Positions 52,491-64,000 of a stretch of DNA of 64,000 nucleotides are shown here, piece by piece (position 1 is the first letter of the stretch; every line of letters starts with the position of its first letter). The stretch is from Tubiluchus corallicola (lineage: Eukaryota; Animalia; Priapulida). Location of the stretch: positions 124,001 to 188,000 of the forward strand of contig JAQGDQ010000382.1 in NCBI GenBank assembly GCA_030141605.1, in the 5' to 3' direction. Below the pieces are notes generated by a model that saw only the letters and a program-made list of their open reading frames with translations, did no database searches and was not told the DNA's origin. Made by a program: the position numbers and the translations under genes.

Positions 52491-52947
52491 TTCACACAGG
52501 CTAGTAATCACAGCCTAGTGCTTGTAATTTTTCTTAGCACACAAGTTATAACTTTATTATTTTTTATTTGTTAAAAAATTTGTAACCAACAGCACGACAA
52601 AGCACCTGCAATGTATACTTCAATAGTTTGCATGGCAAGCCATTTAAAATAAAATTTAATGTTTTCAGCGGATGAATACAAAATATTGCGATAAGTGATC
52701 ACGACTACAGCGACACAGCGATAGTAGAGTGAAACTATAACGTGGTTAATTTGGTTTTCTGAAGTTTTAGCGAAATATCTCGTTTGGAAAGATAGCATTT
52801 TCTGAAAAATTCACTTGTACAATAATTTTCTTATCTCCGCATAGTAAGTTTAATATATGCAAGGCCAAGTTTCTATATGTTTAAAATTTATTGGAAAAAA
52901 CTACAATAGTTGCTACGTTTAGTCGCATGTTGACAGTGACATTGCCA

Positions 52948-53039
52948 AGCAACTAACATAATCCCTAAATACAACTGATGGGGGGGGGGGTTAGCAACTA
53001 ACATAATCCCTAAATACAACTGATGGGGGGGGGTTAGCA
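52948..53039. repeat. Two-copy ~45-bp tandem duplication with long G runs
   Basis: AGCAACTAACATAATCCCTAAATACAACTGAT-G(9-11)-TT present twice. Confidence 0.9.
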
Positions 53040-55650
53040 TATTATGCTATTGATACCTTTACTTTTCTGAGCGTACTGTAAAAAACTAAGAATTTGTGAA
53101 GGCACCACCAGTGGAGGGCATCATATCATAGCTAAGTTTTGCTGCTACCAAGAGGGCCTATTATTATTAAGATCCATGTATTTTTCTGGGTGATTTTGCT
53201 AGTGTTTATCCAAACGAGCATTAAATTGAGCTAAACTGGTTGACTCGACTACATGAGGTGTAAGGTTATTCCAGATGTTAACTACTCCGTGGATCGGTAA
53301 TACCGTGAATACGCTCGATCCTCTTCACCACCAGTGGCGAGCAAACAGACATCAATAAAAAGTGTCTGTTTGCGAGATCAACAACATGATCAACTTGTTT
53401 TATAAATCACACCAAATAACTTTTACGTCAATTTACCTTTACTGTTGTCTTTAATTATATTTTTAGTTTCAACAGCTCGTTAACATGCATCCTAGTCAGT
53501 ATGTTATCCAGTCCGGTGCTGAGAAGTAATAAATGTCCAGAAAGTCGAGAAAGTCGGATAACTGGACTTACTTAGTTTTACTTAAGCAAGAGCTTGCCAT
53601 ATTGTGAATTAACTTTGAATCTCAAACCAGTTGAAAATTCCCAACTTTAACGGTTTCATTAGCCAAAAGCTCGTTTTAATCTCTGGCGTTGATATTATTA
53701 TGACAGCTAAGTGCACTTTTGCACTTCTTGACTATGTGCTGCACTCCCAGACAATTTTTTTCGCATAGTCTGTGCAAAATGAGCGGGTCAGTGCTTCTCT
53801 GCTTGGTATTATTCGTGCTAATGTAGTTGACGTTACAACTGTCACAGATTTCCTAATTAGACCATTTTTTTGTTAATTGTTCTTCAAAAAAGGTAAAAAG
53901 ATTCTTAGAGCAAAAGAAAGAAAAAAACAAGAGAGGTGGGCATGCGGGAAACATATCAATACACTTTGTATCAGTATAGTATTAAGGTTAAAATGGACAA
54001 AACAATGTATTGCAGTTTTTGTTATCTAGTCCAGATAACCCTGATCTTACTGTATTTAGTTGAGAAATTTTGTGATGTTAATTATTGTTGATTTTACTAT
54101 TGCCAACATTTCCAGTTTTTAACATGTAAGTGCATTCCCCCTATTCATTGTGCCATAATGAAGTAACACACAGCCTTGAGCCTGTGATAAACAGTTCCTC
54201 CCTTGAGCATGCTTACTGAGAGATAGCCTAATCATCAGTCTTCTATGTAGCAAGCTGATGAAATTCAACTGTTAACACCACTGTATTGTACATAGCCGCT
54301 ATTTTTGTGTTATGGTAAGGCGTTTATTTTTCTTCATTTCTGTGGTTTGTGCAGCTGATGTTCTGACCAGTGTTTGAGCCTTTCCAATTATGGCTTTAGC
54401 ATTAGGTTTTTTGCCAGCAAAGTGATGCTGGGTAGTGTTTGGATAAAATTGTACAAAATTGCAATAAAATGATAAGTATCTATACAATTCACTAAAAGGG
54501 TCATATGTGCATAAACATACAATAATATTGTCAGACCAGATTGTTCTCAGCACTGACTATTTACAATATTACTAAGCAGCTATAGGCATTCTGTAATTGA
54601 ACAATTCTATTGCGCATATTGTAAATATTATAGTGTGTTGCAGCAAACATTGTAATATAGTAATATTATTGTATATGTATGGGTCTACTAAGATTTTGCA
54701 TTTTTCGTTTATTAGATTAGCTAGATGAGAAAAGCTTGGCACCTATAATGGAGCAGGTTAATGGGAAAGCACAGAGATGTTCTGTCTAGGTAAGACATTA
54801 CAATAATATTTAAAGAATACGTAGCTGCATGGGCCTACTTATTTATCGCTCTGAATATAGGTAGCTTTGTCATACCAGTGGTGTATACAGTCCTTGCATG
54901 ACTGGATTAGTAAATTACAACAAGGTGCGGTGTTAAGTGAAATATTGTTAAGTGCAAGTCACGTCTGTTGCAGAATGCAAATTGAATAATCATGAGCCTG
55001 ACTTATATGTAGTGTAGGTATGCATGTTGATTGCTGTTTTAATTTTATTTTGCATGTCAAATGGAAGCACCTGTAAAGCAGTTGCAGTTTTTGTGACTAG
55101 TGATCATGACTTAAAAAATTCTGTAGCTGTCTTGGCGGTGAACTTATTACAATGACGCACCACGTCTGCTGACATTACAGAGTTTTCTTTACTCTGTGAG
55201 CTTGGACCGGTGTGCAACACAGGCCCATGCGAATGTAGCTCATTAGCAAGATAGTCCTCTAAGATGAAATGCTAAACCAACAGAGGTGCCTTGACTACCT
55301 TCAGATGTGTATCAATTCCCTTAAACAATATCTGCTGATAGCAGTGTAGTAGTTTTCTAGCTTGTTACTGACCAATCCATTTACTGACCAGTGACTAAGT
55401 TCTGCATTGCTTCAATCTTGCTGCTAGCTATGTGTTGCGACAATGTATTCTTTATTGTAATTTAGCATTTTCCAATGCAAGTTGAATAATTTCATTTATT
55501 TGCTTAAGTGAGAAAATTGGTCCAAGAATTCAATGTCGTTAAAATGAAGTATGTAAGTACTTACTGTACCTGATACTGTGCTTCTACGGATTTTCTTTGC
55601 TAATACTGAACATTGATTTGTTTGACTTTCCAGGCACATGTTTGCCAGAA

Positions 55651-58600
55651 ATGAGTAAAGATCACATCCTTCCTTATGGATGGAAGCAGCAGATTTCAAA
55701 AAAATTTCCCGGGAGAGTTTATTACTTCAATATTCATACTGGTACCTCTGTCTGGAATCTTAGTGATTTGTTTCAAATTGAAAGTGAAACAGGATCTGGG
55801 GTAAGAGAATCTTTGATTCTTAAGTTTGACTTAAATGTCATTACGTGTGCAAGTAAACAAGTGCATGTGCACATAACAAAAAAAACTGACCGTAAAACAG
55901 AGCACAAAGGATTCATAATTTTTCAATATTTTCACAAGAAATTAGTTAGCTGACGAAGGAGAGCTGATTTTTATGATTCATTGTTATCATCTCAGATCTT
56001 TTTCTGAGTGTACAGTTTAGGCACCTAGCAGAAATTTCTATAATAACATAGTCATTAATTTGTAGATCACGAAATTATTACTGCTGGATATAAGAGCTTT
56101 TAAGTTCATTGTGAGCTTACAATATTTTTGCAGCTATTGTTGTAAACAACAAAAACCTTACATGTCTAAGAGATTATAAAGTAAGACATGTTAAAGGACG
56201 AGAAAAGGGGTACCTGAAGTAGGTTTCAGAAAAAATCGCCTTAAAAATTTATATTACTTTTACAGCAATTTTATGCACATGTCGTACTCGCATTGAAAGG
56301 AATTTTAGTATGTTTTCATTTTAAATCTCCCGTAATACTGTTCCGACAGCGCCATTACATGACGTCACTTACAGCGTAAATTAGGGGAAGAAAAGGCAAT
56401 GTTAAATTATATCCCAAAAACTTTCCATGCAAATCTATATTACTTAGCATTTCACTTACCTGCTGGGAAGACTTACGTAAGGAGAAGAATGTGTTCACCA
56501 ATTGGAAAATCTCACCCTCCAGGGTTCACCATCCACTAACCAAAAATGTATTTTTAATCTTATTGACAAGATACAGTAATTTAAAATTTTACTCAGTTAG
56601 CGATGTGTGCACTGCGAATGCTCTGATTATTTTTTCAAACTTTACTCAGTGCTATTTAAACTTGTTTCAAATGACCTGTCGTCAAAATGGCTGCGTTTAA
56701 CGGTCATTGCGGGAGTTTAAATTTTCATATTTTATACAGCGTGACTGCCGATTGAAGTCCTGCATGCAAAATAGCTATATATAAGTGATATAAATTTTCA
56801 AGACGAATTTTTTAAGCTCTTGTGCTTTAAACATACAGTACATTCCACTCTTGATTCTCAAGACATCTTTAAAGCTTCTTACTTGTATTTGTTGCTCCTC
56901 TGCCGGAATGCCTTTTCTCCAGCTAGTTTTCCTATAGGTAATAATGATCCAATAATTCTCAACAGTTCATCAGAACAATTTTTACACCCGTCAGATAATA
57001 ACATCTTTTATTTTGTTTGCCTTGCCCTCACTGACCTGCCTAAACCTTCTCAGCCAAAGGAATCACCTCATGTTAGGTTTATGAATTTAAATTAGTTGAC
57101 TTCACCCTTGGTTTAATAATTTTGAGCTTAATAGTGTCTAATTACCGTCGAGTTGAATTTAATGATGTCACTAATACCTGCTCTATCTTTGTTTCTATTT
57201 TGACTAGTCAATTACTTGCTGTTGATGGTACTGTTATGCTCAAAAATCATGTTAACATTTATACATATTAAACTAAGAATGAGAATTATGACAGTATGTC
57301 AAGAATGCTTTATTTATTTTGCAGTGTTTTGTAGGCTTTTTGTATAATTTTATCTGTAATGCTGTTGGCTTTTCCTTTTCCTCAACGTCAGTTTTTATGC
57401 CACTATAATTTTATTTTAATGTGATAAATAAGCCAAGCATGATGTTCTCTGATAGTGCCAAGGATTTCTGTAAATATTACTGCAATATTAAATGCATATT
57501 TCACTAAGATGTTATATAGCTATTTCTGGTATTAATACAATTTTTATTTAAAGGCTGATATTAATACAATTACTAATACATTGATACAATTACTAAGGGC
57601 ATTTACTATTACAAATTTCTCAAAGTAGACAGTGCTTATATTTTTTTCTTTTTTATAGGAAGGCAATCATGAAATTTTGAATCCTACTTCGAGTTGTACA
57701 GCTTCTCGAGCAAGCTGTTCGTCTTCTTCAGATAGGTCAGACGTTCATATTTCTGAAAATTCTTTGTACAATATGATTGGTTTTGTGCATTCTCATCGTA
57801 TCAATTCAGGTGGGTCGAGTGATCGAAATTCTCGGAACCCCGTCGGCAGTACATTAGGATTTGTGCATTGTCATCGTAGCAACAGTGACGATCTGGGTTC
57901 AGCTTCTACCTCAAGTAGTCAGCTTTCTTCCAAAGGTCACATTCGTTCCTTGGCGAGTCTTTCAGATTTGTCCCAAGTTCCCAAGCAGTTGGCTGTTGCA
58001 CAACCACCACAGAGTCTTAGAACTAAAAAAATAAGTGTGTCACAAACAAGTGGAAACGCACACAAAAAAAGAAGTTTGGACAGCTGTAGCGTGTCGGCGA
58101 CTTCTAGTGGGCAGTCTTCACCAGCAACTCGTGAATGCAGAAAACGGGTGAAAAAAGGACAGAGTAAGGTGCCTTTTGAGTCAGTTAATAACGCAATTAA
58201 ATGGGTTGGAAAACCTGTAAGAGCAATTTCATTTACAGATAATGTCAAACAATTTGAAGGTTTTGGACAAAGGCAACAGCAAAGTGCTGCTTCAAAGTTT
58301 CACTCTGCAGCAAATGCCTCTTTAGGATCAGAAAAATTCACAAATGCAATTCAGAAAGCCTTGTTAAACAGACAAATAAAATGTGAACAGGCTGTGCCAC
58401 TGATGAATGTGAAGATTCCGCCAAAAGCCAATCAAATGACTCCATTAATGAAAGCGAAAACCAATGTAAAGCCTAAGAAAATAATGCCGTTAATCAATGA
58501 CAACACCGACAAGCTACCCAAAGATGAAAAAGTTGTTGTGCAAAACCGAAAGCCATGGTACCTAAATTCTAACGCTGTAAATAGCAAGGCACAGATAGTG

Positions 58601-61600
58601 GGGTGTAGTAATCTACCAAAAACGCCAAGAAACGAACTAGTTTACATACCAAAAAATGGCAATGTGAATTTGACAACACGATTATCAACTTCTCTCAAAG
58701 ACTTGCCAGCGAGAAATTTACCGTGTCATTCTAAGGCTGTTCAATGTTTTTCAAAAGATGTGTCTTCTCGGGTGCCTTCTAAGAATGCGTGTAAACGAAC
58801 TCCTGATACTGACTTTACTTTTAGCTTAAGTGACGACCAGCCTGTGGTGAAAGCAAAAGCCAGTTGCAAAGCTATAGTGACAAAACAGCCGTCTGTACAC
58901 AAACGTAATTGTGATAACAGTACTTTACGTAGGAAAGCACCAGCTTCTACCACAGGTTCTGTACAAAGTGATTCAGAATCCAAGAAAGCAAATGTTTGCA
59001 ATGTGAGCCAATCATTGAAAAGTAGGAACATTGAGCAGTTTAGTAAAACGAAAGATTGTAGAACTGACACCACAAGTAGTGCGAGCGACAAACTTCTAGA
59101 GGCTATTAGCAAGCCTGCTAAGGGATTTGTTACTAACACTCAGCATGACCTGCCCAGATCAACAAAAGAGCAATCTGATAATGCACCTAGCGTGGTGAGC
59201 CACACGAGTTCAGAAACTGCACAACACACGCCGAGATTGAATTACAAAGATGTAGAAACTTGGATAACCAGCCTACCTGATAACAAAAGTAACCATATTG
59301 AAGAAGAAGAAATGGATTATGAACAGATTCAAGAAAATCAGACAAGCAACCAGTTTTCTGGCATTTATGCAGCTGGTGAGTAAGATAACTTTTTAATTTT
59401 TGCAAAATAATTGCAACTGAAGCTTGAAGGATAACTGAAAGCTTTCTGCAGAAAGTAAAAAGTTTATTTATTAAACATCCTAATTCAAAGTAATTACTAA
59501 TTAACTTATCACATATTTAAGGCACACTTGCAACTCCATACAGCACTATAGTTAAAATTGTGAATATATTTTTTGTTTCTATATTTTTATTGTTTAACAT
59601 GGCACAAAGCTGCCTTCTATGTGAACAAAACTGCTTGAGTGGTGCATTTCTAGAGCAGTTGATCTGTTGCAGTAATGTGGTCAAATCCTCGCCAGTGTGT
59701 ATGTTCATTCTAGAGACGTGACATTTTTGCACTTGTGTGAATGACTGTTTATTGGGAATCCATTGTCAAGTTAGTAGTGACTTCCAAAATAGTACAGCTT
59801 ATTATATATTTGTAAAAGATATGCCCTAAATTTACAATTATTCATTTTAAAAGCAGAAGTGCTGATACGGTAAAACAAACAAAAAAGAATGGCCCATCAG
59901 AATTTATTTTTCTGGAAACCAATGTAACTGTAGAAGAAAAGAGATGCGCGTGTCCATCTACTTTGAATGCAGTAGCATTTTTATTCAAAAACGATTTCGG
60001 CAGGTGGTGAAATGGTGCAAATTATGAGCTGTTTCTCGTTACTTGTGTGTCATCTCCTCATTCAAGAGGTTGAAAATAATCATTACTGCATGTGTCAAGC
60101 AATTCAATCTGACACTGAGAATATTTAAAGAATTTGTTTGAGAGGGTTGTCTTTGTATTTAGACTTTAGAGTTTATTTTCCTCTTTTTGGGACAGCACAA
60201 TATCAGATGTAATATTTTTGTCATAGATTCATGGGTCACTGCTGGTATCCAGGATGTGCCAATGGACATAGGAATGACAAGCGTGGAGCACGGTCATCTC
60301 ATTGAAAATGTAAGCAAAATCATACTGTTGCATTTTGTGCTGGTAGTACAAAAAACTTCAATTTAATCAATTAAATTTAGATATTTATTTTGCTGCTAAA
60401 TGATGCATGGATTTCTTACGTATCTTGCCTTTGTTTGCAAATGTATAAAATTATTTGTTGTTAGAGCATCAGGAAGCATGGCAGTGCCACATGTTATTGA
60501 TGAAAGTGTTGTCAGAGTTACTCAATTTTTATGTGGATTTCAAATGTTTTAAAATTTATGATAATACAGTCAATGAACATTCTTCATTTCCAAACGTAAA
60601 ACAGATCTTATTGCCAGCTAACAGCAGTCTTGTCTAGTATTTGTGACTACTTAAGCAAGCTACACGCAGTCTTACATCTAAATGTAGTAAAATCGTGACA
60701 CTTTGCACAGCTAAGTTCTTGGCCAAACTTCTCTCTGATGCAAAAATATTCATTGAGGGTTGTCAGTAACAGTGGATACTGGATAAAGTCACAAAGCTTG
60801 TTATGTCAGTTCATTCTTCTGTCATATCAATTTTTGTTTCTAGTTTAATTGAGACTAAATTATTGAACTGGCTGAAATTATTCACACTGAGAAGTGTTAA
60901 CATTTTTTGCAGCTGCAGAGGGTGAGAAAGCAAGTTCAAAATACTGCAGATAGCAATGGAAGTAGTGAGTTGACCAGCCTTCAGCTTCCAGCTGCTAATA
61001 CGACACCTGTGAAACATGACGGCAGTGCTAACCTTTTCGTTATTCTTGACACAAACGTTTTGGTGTCCCACATGAAATTTATAAATGAACTGAAGGATAT
61101 GTATATCAAAGGTTTGTATTAGAGTTGAGACGGTTAGGCTTTTTAACTGACTTGACCAGTTAACTGTTATACATATGAGAAAATATTGAATACACATGAC
61201 TTTCACGAGTAAACGGTTCGGTTCAAATGTAGCATGCGCCAGTGAGATTGTCCAACATGACGGCATCCTCGTAACGTATGCGAGTGAAATTTTTTTGCAA
61301 TTTACCGTTTAGATGCTTCTTAGGCAACCAGATTAATATTTAGAGTGTTGTAAATAGTACAATTTTATGTAAGTGGGACATTGCTAACTGCATACGCCAA
61401 CTCACAATAAATGCAAGGTTTCATTAATACGGCTATCTATAAAACTTGCCTGAGTGACGGTTAAGCGGTTAGTGATTTTCTAAATGGATAACCCAGTTAG
61501 CTGTTGGTTAAATGGCTAACGGTCTCGGTCTGCGGACTTTGGCAGCCTCGAGGTATTTTACATTAGTAGTCGTAGTCTCACGCTTAGCATACCACAATGC

Positions 61601-63412
61601 CTTGCAAATTTAAATGCCATACTACCTTTGACCTTATGTGATTTGCCTTATTATTCCAGAAGCTTATTAGTTAACAAGTTTTAGCATAATCTTTTTCTTT
61701 GAGGATTGGCTGTTGAAAATTGTTTCCTGAGAGATTAACATTTCGTCAAATTGCATTTATTGATTTTAAACCTGTTTCTCTGTTGGTAATTTTGATTATG
61801 CTGTTGCAGGTCTAGGTCAACCAATTCTTGTTATTCCTTGGGTTGTGCTTCAAGAACTAGATGCATTTAAAGAACGTCGCTATGACAACAATAAGTCAAC
61901 GCAGCTGTCGTCCAAAATTACTGTTCGATTTTTATTCAAACTCTTGCAGAACAATCATCCACGCATTCGTGGTCAAAGTGCTGCGGAGGTACAGTGGAAA
62001 TTAGTTTTATGTTTTTAAGCATCTTGAATGAATAGTTCTATAATGAAAGCATTATGTTGTACCTTAGTGCAAAGATTCACTTAAATTGGTCAGGCTTAAG
62101 GAACAATTTAACTGCATTCCAGCCTATACACTTTGAACTACTAGCAGTAGTAAAGTACTGACATTACCTTTATTAAATCAGACTATGACGTACATTATTT
62201 TTGTGCGATAGTCAAAGCAACACAGACTTTTTAAGGTCACACACCCTGTCTACACCAAACACACTATGCCAACCCTGGAGTCATCAGGAGGAATGTGACC
62301 AGGAGTCGAGTTTCGCCCATTTGTTCTAAAAAGAGTTTCTAAAAAAATTGTGTATGTAAGTTAGATATATGAACTTGCACAGACTCAGCTGTGTTGATTT
62401 GCCACCAACTGTTAATAGCAAACCAGTAAAGTAATACAGTACAAGTTTAGCAATGAAGTTTAAATTTTGTTGGATGGACAACTTCTAAATGGATGGGCGA
62501 CCACTAAGAAAATTGCTTTTAGGCTGTTTTACCTGCTGTGCTATTATCAGCTATTTTCTGGTTGGTGGAGGATGAATTCACAATTGAATATGGCCCAGAC
62601 CGCTCTGCTTTGGCTCTGTATGTCTGCTTATAGAATTGTTTTTGATAATGAGATAGGTTCTGGTCCTTTCACATTAATAGACTCCCCTCACCGGTTTCCA
62701 TGGTGTCAAACTGTACAAGAAAAACTCAGCCACTACTTCTTATCAGAATGTTAAAAAGCCTGCCTGCCTGAGTTAATGTGGCAACATTGTGTGAAAATGT
62801 TTTTGTGAACCAATTTGAAATTGCTGAATTTTAGCCCGCCAGTGGTAGCAAACAAGTAAAATTGGCAAGAAAACATTGAAAAACAAAGCCAAGAAATGGA
62901 AGAAGAGTCAGCAGTTTAGCAACACACCCAAAATGTGAATGCTGTGTGATATTTTACTGTACTGTGATATATAGTACTGAAGCTGCAGTTTAGTCTTACC
63001 TTTACGTTATCTAAGTATTCTTGCACTCGGCAAAGCAAATTGCACATAGGTGATGACATACTGAATTTGTCCTTGTTCCTAAATGATTGATTGGTAGTTC
63101 CATTGGCAGTTCCCTGCTGTCTATCATAATCTTTTGTAAGCAGAATCGATTGTAAGCATGTGGTTTCCTAGCTCTTTGTTTTGACGAAATTCATTACTAT
63201 AGGCCGGTGTTTGAAATTGAAACAGATTTGTGGTTGTTCAAAACTTTTTAGCTGTTATAAGTTGTAACAAGGTTATAAGAGATAGAAGATTATAGATCTT
63301 TATTATTTCAAGTTTGTTTTGCAGGCAGCTCAAACAAAATCAGGTTTATCTGTTGAGTGCAACGATGATAAGATTCTTCAGTGTTGTCTCGACTGGAAAG
63401 CAAAACATAGTG
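55651..63412 (+). CDS. SWT1: SWT1-like RNA endoribonuclease (N-terminal WW, long disordered region, PIN domain); continues right of the window
   Basis: Exons 55651-55800 (LPYGWKQQISKKFPGRVYYFNIHTGTSVW, WW), 57659-59375, 60227-60309, 60913-61111 (FVILDTNVLVSH), 61810-61988 (LVIPWVVLQELD) and 63325-63412 (NDDKILQCC). GT-AG sites and phases are consistent. Confidence 0.88.
56195..56826. mobile_element. Kolobok-like foldback MITE in the SWT1 intron
   Basis: Flanked by TTAA (56191-56194, 56827-56830), with long imperfect inverted arms (~56230-56370 versus ~56670-56812). Confidence 0.6.
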
Positions 63413-64000
63413 GTAAGCTTAAATGTATTTTTTTTTTGGTGATACTTCATATTTTGCAGCTGTGCAGGTTACCATGTTTATTCACCTCACTCAGAATCTG
63501 TTGCTTATGACATTTGTACAATGTTTGAAATGATTACCATTGGCTTACTTACGTAGTGTTTCGGATGAAGCAGGCTAAGTGCAGTACAACTTTTTTACAT
63601 TTTGCTCAGCTTCACTCATAATAGTCCAACATTATTAGTTATTGCTCTGGCATCTTGGACTTTGATTCTTCAAATATATAAAGGTAGCCTTTCCCTTTGA
63701 ACTAAAACACCTCAGTTTGCATGCAGGTCATGGATAATTCTAAAAACAACTGTAAATTCAACTTTTTAAATTAACATACTTGCTATTACTTTGAAATGAC
63801 TAAGAAAAAACAATTAGTGTTAAAAGAAAGGTGTTCAAAATGCTATCAGTTGATTGTCTGATTGAAGTGATTTTGTTAAACTTGCTGAAGTTGATAATTC
63901 TACTTTAAATATTTTGAACTATTCTGTGTAGATATCTTTGTTACTAATTAGTACAAGACGGATTGGACTGATCATATTTGTAAAACAGTGTGTGTTTCTG

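Noticed and set aside
55200-55320. Degenerate SINE-like fragments (also ~45050-45125 and ~61495-61550)
   Set aside because: Only vague resemblance to tRNA-derived SINE parts, with no intact A/B boxes or TSDs.
57937-59405. Antisense ORFs over SWT1, and similar short shadow ORFs over the LINE, Gypsy and MAN1B1 sequences
   Set aside because: These are opposite-strand shadows of real coding frames or microsatellite translations, with no motifs or splice support.

Overview
This is AT-rich eukaryotic DNA from a metazoan, probably an invertebrate deuterostome or chordate (inference from the proteins), with spliceosomal GT-AG introns. Four host genes can be assembled by hand. (1) A minus-strand TGF-beta type III co-receptor (betaglycan/endoglin-like) gene that the ORF track shows only as scattered fragments: four coding exons between 14630 and 472, continuing off the left edge. 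(2) C1orf131/FSAF1 (+, 37636-40605). (3) MAN1B1 ER alpha-1,2-mannosidase (-, 12 coding exons, 52294-43954). (4) SWT1, a WW+PIN protein (+, 55651 to beyond the right edge). The first ~36.7 kb is a dense pile of transposons. It holds an intronic degenerate (TTAGGG)n array, several CR1/L2-group and RTE-like LINEs (one near full length with PHD-APE-RT), and hAT and Kolobok-type MITEs. It also holds a 5'-deleted Gypsy element fused in frame to a LINE fragment and interrupted by a solo LTR, and three nested P-superfamily elements, one inserted into the terminal inverted repeat of another. Four diverged LINE 3' ends share a covarying stem-loop. All family assignments come from motif recognition by eye; no database searches were run.
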